64,000 nt of DNA. Origin: Magallana gigas. Lineage: Eukaryota. This document shows positions 38,920 through 52,233 of this stretch, one piece after another. The notes under the pieces are model-generated. The model was given only the letters and a program-made list of their open reading frames with translations. It made no database searches and was not told where the DNA came from. Both the position numbers and the translations under genes were made by a program. The stretch lies in contig NC_088858.1 of NCBI RefSeq assembly GCF_963853765.1, positions 25,854,001 to 25,918,000 of the forward strand, read 5' to 3'. Position 1 is the stretch's first letter. Each line of letters opens with the position of its first letter.

Positions 38920-41051
38920 AGTATACTCTTGAATTTTTTGAAGGACTGATGCAAGTACAAAATGACGTCACGGGTTTGGCTAAAAGCCCAAAATTTAAGG
39001 CCGATGGTAAGGCTAATACCAGGAGGCGCAGATTATTGTGGGAATAATAGTTGTGAAATACGTGCCTAGATTTACAAGTTGATAATAAAATAAAATGTTA
39101 ATATGATGAAATCTAAATATGATTTCCCTTTGATAAATGGATTTAACTCTGATAAGTTAAATCTTATTATTATCTTGATCAAAATAAATTTCAACAAAAC
39201 AGCTCTAGGCCTAATAATGAGGTATAAGAACTATAATTAAAGTTTGATAATATAGGCGTATAGTTTGAGATAAAATGCAAAATTGTTTTGGCCTCTACAT
39301 AGAAATTTGGCTTTTAATGGACAAAATCTTAACGAATTCTATATATCAATAGTTATTGATTCCTCCTACAAATGTAAAGGAAAAATACTGCTTTAAACGT
39401 GAAATTGTTTGCAAAAAGAATATATCAGATAAACTGATTTTTCATAACTGCAACATGTATATTTTCATCAGTTGCACTGAAATAACTGAATCATGCAATG
39501 CTAAAATGTTCATTCGCTGTTTTTAGAAAGAAGACTGAAGTATTGTATAATTATGGTGTTCTGAATATTTGATTAAGGGTTTCAGACTTCAAATTTGACA
39601 TCGGTCATGCTTCCTCCATTTACTAATATTAATACTTGCAAAATAAACTCGTGCATCAATAGTTTCTACAGAAAAGTACTATAATTTTAAGAAAATTTTA
39701 CTTAACTTTACAACATATCTTCTCATAATTTAGGTTTCAAATTAAATTTTCACGATGAGCCACATTTTTTTCTCGTAAAGTTACAAAAACTAAGAATGGC
39801 GCTTTTTGGGGGAACAAATAGAGCATAAACTACATGTAAGAAGAATTTTAATGGTAATATCTTTGAGAGATGTCCTCCTGACATTAGCACGTCCGTAACG
39901 TCCGTATCGAAAGCACTCAATTGAATGTTTGGACTCTGGAATATGCGAATGACATGTATTTAAATAATTAAAAGAAACTTAATAAAAGCAAGCATTACCT
40001 TTCCTCAAGTTGGAAACCAGCCATTGTAAATCGCCCTGTTCCAATAACTTGTGGGGTTTTTTTCGTAATACAGTTCAACGCATAAGTAGAGCCTTTTTGT
40101 GTAGATCCCAATTAAAGTACATTTTTTGTATTAAATGTCAGAAAGAAAAAGAAATACTTTTTTTTTTATTTTTCTATGCTTTTGAACAACTGATGGTTTT
40201 GTATTTTAAACTATGTTATAATCGTCATATGCATCATTGACATTCTTTCTGACAACTAGCTTGGCCAATCGCGAACAAGGTAGTGCTTTTACTAAAGATG
40301 AAGTAATGTGTCTGTAAAGAAATTTAACACACTGGGGGAAACTATCTTTAACATTCTTGACGAAATATAAAATTTTGTCGGGGAACATAAAAGTCATGGT
40401 TGCATTGGAAAAAACAATAACACAGACTTGAGTAATTAAAAAACGTTATATTAAAGACATACTAGTACGTAAAACATCATGTTTTAGAGAATGCTACATG
40501 TATAGTATTGATGTCATTTTCGTTTAAATTTGTCTTTAAAGTTTTTTTAAAAAGGGTCATTTTCTAATCCCCTAAATATTTTGCAACTTTTCTTATTTAT
40601 TCTTTTACTTTTCTTTAACTTTGATATTTGTTTAAAGATCTGCAGTTATAATAGTTCTTACCTTGGATATACATGCATTTCATTTTTGAAATCTTATATT
40701 TCTTTTAAGAATTGGCTATAATGGTTTCAACTTTGGAATATTTTAGTTCATGACATCAAACTTTACCTCATTAAATTCCAAAATCAATTAGACACTATTA
40801 ATCAATGAGACGGATAAGAAAAACATTCAAGAATAAGGACCGATTTTCAATCGAAACAACTTTTTCCTTTTTTTGAAAAACTTTGGACGATTTCCAATAT
40901 CTCATTTAAGTAAAAATGTCCTTGGTAATTTTTAAAGGTCTTACCATTTTATTCTATATAGCATGCAAATTAGAATACCAGTGATTTAATAGATTTCAAT
41001 TGACCTGTCGAAAGTAGCACAACTTCCTCTTTTTAAACAATTACCCATGGT

Positions 41052-41113
41052 TGATTGGTCCATTTTTGATTTAGGAAGATAGAACATCTGACTATAAATA
41101 CCATGCAAATAAC
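41052..41113 (+). promoter_or_regulatory. Putative core promoter of VWDE-like copy B
   Basis: ATTGG 41054, TTTAGGAAGA, TATAAA 41093, ATGCAAAT 41103; mirrors copy A. Confidence 0.6.
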
Positions 41114-41747
41114 GCATCGTCAACACTGCGATTTCAAATCATATAGGAATATGATTTTTAATCTTGTGTAAATCCAAAGAGTTAAAAATGTGGTGTAAAC
41201 TTTTCTATTCTTTAGTGGTAACAACAATTTCATTGGTGGCTTTTGTTTCAGGTATTATATTTTGTCGTTTAAAATGATTTTAGGAACTTTTAAATGATAC
41301 TACATGTAATGTTTTAAAAATCTGCAAAATTATTCCAAATGTTATTTTATTCTGAATGATATGTAAAAGACACTCTTCTTCCTTTAAAATGAAAGAGTAG
41401 AAATAAGTATATCAGTCATGTTGTTTTTTCCAGGTCAATGCACAGACTATAAGTTACAAACAAACCAGTACAAAAGATCGTCTGGTTACCAGCTGGGTAG
41501 AACAGATGTGGCGATTTCAGACAACTTTTTATCTGAGGGATGGTACCGATTCCAAAGTGGAGCAGGAAACGATATGGTAACGAGTTCACCATCAATAGCC
41601 ATGTGTGGTACCATCTATCCTGTTTGGCTTAACGGTAAGGCAATGATGATATATCGGTTTGAAGTTTTCCAATGTCTGTATCTTAAACTTCGCATCACTC
41701 TGAACGTGTCTTAATAGCATTTGGAACTGGGTGCATACTATGATAGA

Positions 41748-41928
41748 ATGTATATAGGGTTATTTTCGCCACGTGTTATTTTCGCCCTTCTTCACTTGCA
41801 AACGGTTTCGCCCCCTCTATAGTTTGCAAAGACAAAGTTGTAACACTGTTCCGGATAATTATGCCAGTGCCGGATAATTATGCCAGTGCCAAGGTGGCAT
41901 TTTTGCATCCGCTTAAGATGCAGTTTCG

Positions 41929-42010
<82 letters not shown>

Positions 42011-42909
42011 CAATGAGAGACCATTGTCTTGAGAGTATATAACCACTTTTGTTTTTAGTGTGTCTCACCTGACATGTGAGATATTTACCCAAAAATCAAT
42101 ATCCCGTAGGAAAATAATAACTTTAATGGGAGAAATGATTTTCCTATAGGAAATGTTTTAAATCATATAGGATTTTATTTTTTAAAATCCTATACGAAAA
42201 TTGTTTCCTGTAGGAGAAATGTATTTCCTGTAGGAATTGTATTCAAACAGGTAGTTTTCCTGTAGGAAATTAGACTCCTATCGGATTTTAAAATTCTATG
42301 GGAAGTTTGTTCAAATGCCATCGGAATTTAAATCTCTACCTGAAGTTCTTTTTTATACCGGTAGGAGATTCTAAATATTCTATTTGAAATTGTTATTCCT
42401 GTTAAGAAAGTTATTTTTCTGTAGGAATTTATTTTTAACAGGTGAATATCCCCACCTGACAGGTGGGATACATAAATAACAATTAAAGCAAGTTATAAAC
42501 TCTCTACGCAGTAGTCTATCATATCGCGTACATTACCTTTAAATTTTTCGATACATGCAGCTTAGACTGGTGCAAAATGCCACCTTGGCACTAGGATAAT
42601 CACCCGGCACAGTGTTTTGAGTTTAAAGAGAGATAATTTGAGACATTGGAATTTACTCAATCTTAAACCCGTCCTTAGGGTGCGAATATTTCCCTGTATA
42701 CTGTGGTTTCATCAATACTCGTTGAATACCAATTTTCTTGGATTTCGTTGTTTAGTTGATCCACGAAATTAAATGTTCATTGAAAGGCAATTATTATTAA
42801 CATTTTGTATTGATAGGGTCATTGGCCACGAATTTACGTATCCTTGAAACTGTGTTTTTCACGTAATCCACGAAAATTGATACCCTTGAATGTTGATGAA
42901 ACCACAGTA
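41748..42909. mobile_element. Cluster of three nested MITEs in intron 2 of copy B
   Basis: Outer GTATATAGGGTTATTTTCGCC...GCGAATATTTCCCTGTATA element; inner TIR element 41842-42616 (AACACTGT.CCGG..AGTGCCAAGGTGGCATTTT); TA-flanked TACTGTGGTTTCAT...ATGAAACCACAGTA element at 42699-42909. Confidence 0.7.
41932..42007. repeat. (TA)n microsatellite
   Basis: Perfect dinucleotide run. Confidence 0.97.
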
Positions 42910-43923
42910 CAATAGTTTTGTCCTTAAATTCAATATATTGATTTAGATAGAGATCATTATATACATGTTTAAGTGATATCTTATAGCCATATATATTACT
43001 TAAATTTGATTCAATTTAAAAGGATCACTAACTTGAGAATGAGGGCATTGTTAATAGGACTGCCTGCGTTGTTGGTCTCACAAGATCCTGTGAATCAATG
43101 ATATCCATTAAAATAATCAACTGCGGTACCTACAATGTATACTATTTACGGAAAACACCAATCCTCGCAAGCGGTTACTGCTTTGGTAAGTTTAAAAATA
43201 TAAATTAAGGATATTACTTTACTGTTTGACCACGTGTGGTCGAAATGCGCCACATTGGCATGTTTTCGTCGCACATGTGCTTGCTGTATTTCTCCGTAGA
43301 AATCTTCACATTCAGTCATCAAATGATAACATTTCCATATTGATTGTGTGAGAAATTAATATCAAAGAACATTTTTACCCCCCCCCCTCCCCCCTCCCTT
43401 CCTTCAATTCATTTTCCTCCTCAATTAAAAGCAAAAAACAAGGCATAGAAAATTAATTTTAGGGGGAAAAGTATGAAATTGTCGGTTTGCTTTACCTACA
43501 TATACATATGCCCTATATGCCCTTAACGAATTTTTGTTAAATGTCCTGTACAGTCTAAGTAGTATGCAGCATGTAGTATGCAAGCGAGTCATACTTTGAC
43601 AAAGACATGTAAACATTGCACTAAGCTAATATTTGAATTAATGTAACTGATATCTATGATGTTGTATCATTAGCCGAATTTTAGATTGTTTCAATGAATA
43701 CATGAACATAAATGGTGGCAAAAGCTTGATCACTCCAGTTACACTCGTTAATAAATAACATTAGTTTGATGTACTCGATGAATTGGATGGGTTTTTTAAA
43801 GTCTCTCCGTCTTTTTTTTTAAGTAGTCTTGCTTTATTTGATTGTTATTCCTGCTTATTTTATCTCGAATCTTCTTTATCAGACTTAAGCCAGGGCAATG
43901 CAAAAAAGTTGTTTACGAGAATA

Positions 43924-43925
<2 letters not shown>

Positions 43926-43980
<55 letters not shown>
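43926..43980. repeat. (CT)n microsatellite about 40 bp upstream of the copy B exon 4 acceptor
   Basis: Dinucleotide run. Confidence 0.95.
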
Positions 43981-43984
<4 letters not shown>

Positions 43985-45038
43985 AGAAAAACATTATTAT
44001 CATTATTTATAAATCCTATCAGGTGAACAGGTTAAATGTCCGGATGGTCAAGGTTCAGAAACTGGCTTTACGCCTGGATGCCAGATGTTGCCTACAATTA
44101 CTGTAACTCCGGTGGTAAATGCGGATCTTGAGGACACGCCTTCACAGATTCCGAGACTTGGTTCATCAAAAAAATCTTATTTCGAGTGCACATTTGATAA
44201 GCCAAGTATGGGTCCATATTATTTCGATATAACTTGGTACATACATGGAAATGAAGTTCGGAGAACACGAAATGTTACGTATGAAGAATTGTCAACAACC
44301 AGATTGTTGCCAAAACATTGGGTACATCAATACAATTTGAACATGGTGGTGAGATTATTTTCAGCGATTTATTAGATTTTGGATTTAGGTTAAATTTGTA
44401 TAAATAATATTATCGACATAAAGTGGTACATTATTCGTAAGTTAGCTTTTAAGAGATGCGTAGAAAAATTATTTTGTAATTTTTTAACCGGGTTTTCCAA
44501 AAGAAAAAATCCGGTTATGGTAATGGTGAAATAGGCGGCGGGTGAATGCCAAAAGGGTACCCTCATTGTACGGATAACGCCTCACTTTTTAAGTTTACAA
44601 AATAGGAAGTTGTTAATTTCAGATCAAGTGTACATATGTCAGAGATGTGCATATTATTTGGATTTTGATTATTTTTTATAATTTATGGAAAAATACCAGC
44701 TTTTGAACTTAGTCAATTTTACGAATAACTCCTCCAACAGTTTTCAAGAAAGGAAGGGTTTTTTTTGCAGTTCCATTGTACATGTATCAGAGATGTGCAT
44801 ATTCCTTAGATTTTGATTTTTGATATTTTATGTAAAAAATACCAATTTCTGTTAAATTAAGTTATTTTTTTGCGAAATATTGGATATAACTTAGCCCATT
44901 TCTCTGTATAGGTAGTGTTTATCAATTAAGGGTCGAAAAATCGATTATGGATATAACATTGCAGGTTATGTGTTCTGTCAGAGTTCGGGAGACCGAGGGG
45001 GGAGTTCCTACCAACGAAATGACAAGCAGTGAATACCA

Positions 45039-45238
45039 NNNNNNNNNNNNNNNNNNNNNNNNNNNNNNNNNNNNNNNNNNNNNNNNNNNNNNNNNNNNNN
45101 NNNNNNNNNNNNNNNNNNNNNNNNNNNNNNNNNNNNNNNNNNNNNNNNNNNNNNNNNNNNNNNNNNNNNNNNNNNNNNNNNNNNNNNNNNNNNNNNNNNN
45201 NNNNNNNNNNNNNNNNNNNNNNNNNNNNNNNNNNNNNN
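45039..45238. other. Assembly gap (200 N) covering the end of exon 5 and most of intron 5 of copy B
   Basis: Run of N. Confidence 0.99.
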
Positions 45239-45695
45239 ATTAGTGAAATGTTTTTTAACAGCCGGAGTCCTACACTTACCATATAGACGAAGGTCAGACA
45301 ATATCGATACCATTCAGTGTTACATACCCAGTTGAATGTACTTTTAGTGCGTATGAAGACTCTTATAAAACATTTATCAGTGTGTTGACTCCGTATTACC
45401 AACCTACAATCGACACATGCCGGAATATTCAGTCAACCGAAGCAATTCTCTTTAAGGAAAACCTTTGCGGCATTGTCATTTCTAGCAGTTCATGGCGTGA
45501 ATCAAAAGTATTAAACGTAACAGGAAATATTGATAACCTTATCAACGCAAAAGACAGGGATATTTATATTAGACTTGGGATCTTCAACACAACCACCGAT
45601 CTTTCTGGGGCATGGAATAATGTAACAATACCTGACATTAAGGTTTGTAATGAAGACAAAATTTGATGTTAAGCTTTTAAGATTGACTCGCATGT

Positions 45696-46134
45696 CATAG
45701 GCGTCGGAACCGAAGGGGGGGGGGGGGCTAGGGGGGCTTAGCCCCCCCCCCCCCACTTTTTTTGCAAAGTTAGACATAACCATTAGGCACATATGATCAT
45801 AGAGGGTTCAGCGCCCCCCCCCCCACACTTTTTCGCGCCGGAAATGTAATGGTTCCTAATTTTACCTAGGAAGATTGAGAAGTTGGAGTCATAGGCATAC
45901 TAGCGCCCCCCCCCCCCCCCCCCCCAATTAGGATTTTCATGATTTGGTGGGAGGAAAATTTGGTAGGTAAATTTTTTTTTTTGTGGAACTATGGGAATAG
46001 CCCCCCCCCCCCCCCCCCCCACCCCATGGATTAGGATTTTCATGATTTTGGGAAATAGGTTTTTTTCTCAATATTTTTGAGGATTAGTTTAGCCCCCCCC
46101 CCCCCCCCCCTTCAATTTGCTTCCGACGCCAGTG
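45696..46134. mobile_element. Poly-C/G-rich MITE with 5-bp TSD (CATGT)
   Basis: CATAGGCGTCGGAAC...CTTCCGACGCCAGTG TIRs; CATGT at 45691-45695 and 46135-46139; repeated TAGCCCCCCC tracts inside. Confidence 0.75.
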
Positions 46135-47963
46135 CATGTACATGAAACCCTAGGTCCATAAATTAATATTTTATCGTTGATTCAATTTTTTTTCAAATAG
46201 TTTAACCTAAGTATATTCTTAGTTTAAGATTATACTACTTATATTATTTGAAATACTTTCATGTTCTGTTATTTTATTGAACAATTTATTCATCTATTCC
46301 AGTTAACTATGATTTTATTTAAATCTAATTTATTTTTTATAAAAACAGATTTATATTTCCGACGTAGACAACACAATATCAGACAGAATTTGTAAATTAC
46401 AAACAGATCCCCGATTTTGGACGTTTGACGGTAAACAACACGACATATACTCGGCAGGAGAGTTTGTACTCTATCGCCACAAAAAGAGGAATGTGGAGGT
46501 TAGTAAAATAGCCGAATTTATTTTGTTATTCATATACACCGGTATCAAATAAAGAGTTTTTCAAAAATTCTTGTAGGTACATGCTTTATTCACAGCATGC
46601 CCTGGAGACAGTGGTAATCTCGGTGCTGCCTGTACTTGTGGAGTAGCTATCCGAGTGGAAGACTCCCTGTATGTGTATCGTACCTGTCGTGAAGTATCGT
46701 ACCAGACTGTCAATCTTCTTGCCCATCACTCTACCATTTATGAAGTCTGTGATGACAAACACATGGTTATATCTACCGAGTCCGATGGATTCACGAAAGT
46801 ACTACTATCTTATTCTAAAGTGTATATGTCTGTCGACTGTTATTCCATGTACAATTATATTGTATTAGTATGTTCATGCTCTATTGGCGTGTTTAACTTG
46901 CTTAACATTTCATCACTATAATCTCAAATCTTTTACTTTTGTATTTTTTCACGAAAAGTCAAACTAAGTTATATATAAATGTCAACCTAAAATTTCTTGC
47001 ATTTTAAGGAACTTGATAGACTCCTTTCCTTTATTTATAACTGGTCATCTTTCGTTGACGTCCGTCAAGTAATGATAAATACACTAATTGGTTTGGTAAA
47101 AAAAAATTACGGAATGTATTTGTCGTAACAATTACATATATAATCCTATGTCCATCGTACAAAACCTGTTTTGTCAACTTCCCGTTCGGTAAGGTCTGTT
47201 AGTTGACGTTGTTTCTGGTAATCGTTAGGTGAAATACCATAATCTGTTCCGGGCGTATAATGCTTAACTCATTTTCAGTTATTTATGAGCAAAACTTGTC
47301 AAAAATGTATCACATCTTGAGTCAACATTATTACTTTCTTCCTATCTTTTTTTCCCCTCCTTTTTCCTTTTTTGATATAAAAATGAAGACCACCACGGAA
47401 AAATCAGAGAGAGAAATGATGTCTGGAAATCTTAATAGTAACTCGAAACAAACTCGGAAATAACTCGAACAAAATTTCTTCTTGATAAACCTTTGTGATT
47501 GTCAGAAAGTGATAATTATACGATAGCCTTACGAAATGATTTAATACATCTCTGCACTATCTGATTTTAAATACTTTGTTATCAGAATCATTTGTAAATG
47601 AAAATTATGTTGGTGATTAAATTTATCTTTGTATTAGATCACATTGCCATCGGGTACGGTGGTGAAATACAAACTACACGGTAACTGGATTCGATATCTC
47701 CACATCATACCCTCAGCTTTTGATATCGACAATATGGAGGGAATTTGTGGCAATGCAAATAGCAATGATGCTGATGACTTTGTAGCTCCAGATGGAAGAA
47801 CACCTACAAGTGACAGGAGAGAAGACATTGACATCATCATCAACACATGGAAGTAAGTAACTTTAGTTTAGCGTGAAACAAGTTTATAAAAAAAAACTCT
47901 TCTTGAAAAAAATTCTAATAGTATTATAATCAGAATTTTAATATTATAATAAATAATATTCAA

Positions 47964-48678
47964 AGAAGATGGGTGGATAAGGCAAAAATGCCCATTCACG
48001 GTTGGACAAGCTACTGAAAAAATAAAAATATTAATTCATCTGATAATTTTTTAAATCATTTAAATGATATATATTTAACATATTGATTTGTAACCTATAA
48101 ATATGTTCAATATTTGGAATATGTTGACTCAAACAGGCGTATACGTATCAAAACCTGCAAATAGTGTCTTGTTTTAGAACTTCAAGGCATTTTCTTTCAC
48201 AGAGTGGGTCTGTGATTCATATTTTTCTCATAGCCTTCGTATGTAAATAAAGTCTAATGGAAAAGAAAATCAACAAAAACGTGGAGAGATGACCCACTTT
48301 ACATTAAAAATATCATATTGTATCCCAACAATTGAACGTTTTGAAAAATGATACAAGTCCGTAAATTCGTGGCCAAAGTCACATATAGAATTTAAATAGC
48401 CTATTTTCTTTTGTCTGACATGGCTCAGTGATTAGAGCACTTGGCATAAACTAACTTTATAATCGAGGGTTTTTATGTTATGGGTTCAATACCACCAAAA
48501 TTTAAGGCAATATATTTTTGGTATCATTTGTTAAATATATTAAAAGTTGAATTTAGTTAAAAACTGTGGTTTTGCAAACTTGTAATATAATATATTTGAA
48601 TGGAATAAATTCAAAATGGTATTTCACTAATGAACCGAATAGGCATTTGCGCTATCTTATCCCCCCTCCCCATTCTCT
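47964..48678. mobile_element. Kolobok-like MITE in intron 9 of copy B (same family as 31782-32522)
   Basis: AGAAGATGGGTGGATAAGG...AAATGCCCAT start; GGCATTTGCGCTATCTTATCCCC end; internal homology throughout. Confidence 0.8.
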
Positions 48679-51600
48679 TTACGCGTTTTTATTCATACGG
48701 TCTGCTTAAGTTTAACAACCTTCATAACTTAAATGTTATTAATAATTTTTTAAAAAGTACCATTTGTTGAATTTAATTTTTCCAAAGCTTGGACTTTTAA
48801 ATTTTTTTTGTAGAATCCAGTTGACTTCACCAAATAGTCTTTTTTCTGCTAATCCAGTACTTGAAAATACAAGTACTGACGTGCAGAAGTATTGTTCTTG
48901 TGCTACGGAAGCGTCGAATATAAACAACGACATTTTAAAAAACCTTGAAGACCATCATACTGCAGTTTGTAACATCACCACAAGTCTCGTTGACTGTTCC
49001 CATCAGCAGACAACAGCGTCATTCTTAACTACATGTAACAGGGTCGATAATAATGGCCGAAAAAGGCGAGCTTTGTCTGAAGTTGGTTTAAACAAGAGGA
49101 GCAAACGTGTTCGCAGAAGCACTACAGACTCCGATGACGTCATTGATTTTGAACCACTGATATACGATCCCTCGTACAGTTTTACATACATTCCACAAGT
49201 AATATTATATTATGTTTAAGTAATAAAAAACCACAGTCTTCACACATAACAATTTCTAACTATTTTAAAAACCAGTACAATATATTATTATGTATGTACA
49301 CACTATACTTTAGTCTATCACTTTATCCCAGATGACTTTCGTTTTTATCATTTTTTGCTTAACATTTTAACATTCATAAATACCTTTGTGTCCAAAGCAT
49401 ATATATGAAAATTAAAGTAAAATTTCAACAAATTTTATCTGAAACTCTTCTTTAATTACCTAATATTGCAATACACAGCTACATAAAATATAGATTAACA
49501 CTTTAAAAGAGTATGCATTGCACCAAACATAAAAGTTCCAGTATAAACATGAAATCTACATGCTCAGTGTGCGGAACAATATACTACACGTTTCTACATA
49601 AATATATTAATTGCATGCATTCAACAGCAGTAATTAAAGGCAACGTGGACTATTTTATATGATTATGAAAAGTATCTATTCTGAATGCGTTGTCTTTGTT
49701 GAGCATTTTAATTATGATTTTAATTAGGACGGCTTTCTTAGCTGTATGATATGATCTTATTGAAAAAATTTAAGTTGAGTTAGGTACAAATAATACAACC
49801 ATTGATGAGTTAGCAGTTATGTCTAGAGTATTTTGTAATATTTAATCGATAAGTTTTTCAACAGCTAAAATTTTCAGGAAAGGTGAATCATACATTGAAT
49901 GCGTAGTAATATGTTGTCATCATTTCCATAGATTCCTACATGGAGAAACGGATGGAATGAATCCCATGCTAGACAAGTCTGTGAAGAGAGCATAAACAAC
50001 GACCATGTAAAACTTGAATGTGAAAAGTATATAGATATCCAAAAGATGGTCAACCATTCTATTTCGTCCTGCATTTTAGATATAAGGGTAATAAATGGTG
50101 AAATTGAACAATAATTAATAAAAAATTGTTTCAATTTTAAAAATAAAACCTTCCATACATGTATTAGTAATTATGATAAAACTTACTAGATTTTTCTGTA
50201 AGATAAAGAACGATGTGTTAAAATAAGTGTAGACGTACAGTAATTTTCAAACTACATGTAAATTAATGACATGAATAATTTTTTAAGGACTCCGCATCTA
50301 CAGAATGGGTTGCTGGAACGATTGATGCCATCAAAAGTTACTGTCTAACACGTATATCTAAGTATGAAAAGTTTTACGTGTCCAACTCCAGTGAAGAAAA
50401 GTCTGTCCTTGAAATATTTAACGCAGTGACTTGCATCAACAATTGCAGCAAACATGGACATTGCACAGATAAAGGTCAATAGTTTTTCTTTATTTTAATA
50501 GGGCGACCATTTTCCTGGTGCTCTTACTGTCTTGTGACTATTTTCTTAATAATATTATCACATAACAATATATAAAGTATTTGCAAATAAAAAGGTACAT
50601 CGTAAGTTAGAAATTATTGCGCAATACTAGTTTTTCAATTTTAAAACTTACTATTTTTGTGTCATTTTCTGGTTAGCTTGACTGTGTTTATGTTCAGGAA
50701 AGTGTTTTTGTGATATTGGATTTATCGGTTCCGACTGTTCTCATCCCATCAACCAACCCCCAAAAAACAACATCCTTCCTGAAGAAGGATTATGTCGGCA
50801 GTCAATTCGACCTTGCAAAAAAACAAATATTGTCGGAAATTTCCTCTCAGGAACGACTATCTATGTTAAACTTCAGCAATACGAGGTATTTATAGATTTC
50901 TGTATTTTTCATTAAATCCAGGATTATTTGAGATTCCCGATTTGCAATTAGAAAATCAATTTCTTCCCATCAAAACTGAACTTTATGAATTGTTTCATTG
51001 GCAATCGTAATATTAGAATATAAATAAAATTTTGAGTACATGTAGATATCGATCCTGGGTAAAGGGGCAGTTATCAACACGGAAAAGACAACGGCACAAT
51101 ACAGGGCACCTAATCTGATATCTGTTGTCCTCCCCTCCTCTACTAGAAGAAGGAAACGATCCGTATCGTCAGAATTAGGACTGGAATTTGACATCAGTTT
51201 ATCGTATGACAACACAAACTTTGGAGAGGAATTAAAGTTTATCATTTATGATGACTCCTGCTACGATTGCAATTCAACAACTACCACATGTACAATGCTG
51301 GTAATCTGACGATAGAATTTGATTTCAGATCAGATGTTATAGATAAAAAAAACACCAGGAATTCAAAATATAAATGTTTCACATCTCTTTTAGGATTCGT
51401 GTTTACATAGTAGGACTAATTCAACAACAATGTCGTCTGGAGCATTGCCATCGTATACTGGAAGCAGTCATACTAGTACTACTTTTACTCCAACATCGAC
51501 CCCAAGGTCTGATGGAGAATTGTCATCACCAACGTCATCTTCCGATCAAGGTAAAGCTAGAATGAATTAAGACAACTACATTGTAGATCTTTGAGTAAAA

Positions 51601-51696
51601 CCACAGTCGACATACATTAACTCATTACCTATATTTCTTCCAAATACCATTACAAACAAATTTTTGCTAGCTATAACTTTGACTAATACAATACTG

Positions 51697-51703
<7 letters not shown>

Positions 51704-51757
<54 letters not shown>

Positions 51758-51776
51758 ACACACACACACACACACA
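51704..51776. repeat. Compound (CT)n-(CA)n microsatellite
   Basis: Adjacent dinucleotide runs. Confidence 0.95.
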
Positions 51777-52095
51777 TTGCTATTGCCCTAAAATTATCAC
51801 TTAAAGATGATGTTCATGTATGAAATTTTGAATTTATCCTCTTTCAATAATAAGGCAATACAGAGAACAAGAAAGCTAGTTATGATGTGAAGGTTATCAA
51901 GACAAATATTTCTTTTTCATAGACAATACGAAAATGATATTGATAATCGTCTTCGCTGTATTGGCTGTTGCACTGATAGTTGCTGCAATTATTTTGTTTT
52001 TGAAATGCAAAACCAAATCCATCAAACAGTAAGTAACCTAAAATGGAACTTCTAAAGATCTTTATTGCTACTTATGAAAACGTTTAGATCTGTCT

Positions 52096-52159
52096 TTTTT
52101 AAGTTCACCTGAGCTGAAAGCTCAAGTGAGCTATTCTAATCACATTTTGTCTGTCTGTT

Positions 52160-52192
<33 letters not shown>

Positions 52193-52200
52193 ACATCTTC

Positions 52201-52233
<33 letters not shown>

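Larger units (their letters stand above)
35230..39050 (-). mobile_element. Ngaro-type (DIRS order) tyrosine-recombinase retrotransposon, internally deleted; ends approximate
   Basis: On the minus strand: gag, RNase H C-terminal remnant (HTDNEALV...HIAGIYNVKADS), tyrosine recombinase, then an SGNH ORF. A trailing SGNH hydrolase ORF is characteristic of some Ngaro elements. No RT and no split direct repeats were found. Confidence 0.85.

Noticed and set aside
35100-39100. Split direct repeats (A1...B1-A2-B2) expected of Ngaro
   Set aside because: No match to the 5' region (~38960-39050) was found at the 3' end, so the termini are left approximate.
41792-42046. ORF with IY repeats
   Set aside because: Translation of a (TA)n microsatellite.
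44926-45402. ORFs spanning the N run
   Set aside because: Artefacts of the assembly gap; only the exon 5 and exon 6 parts are real.
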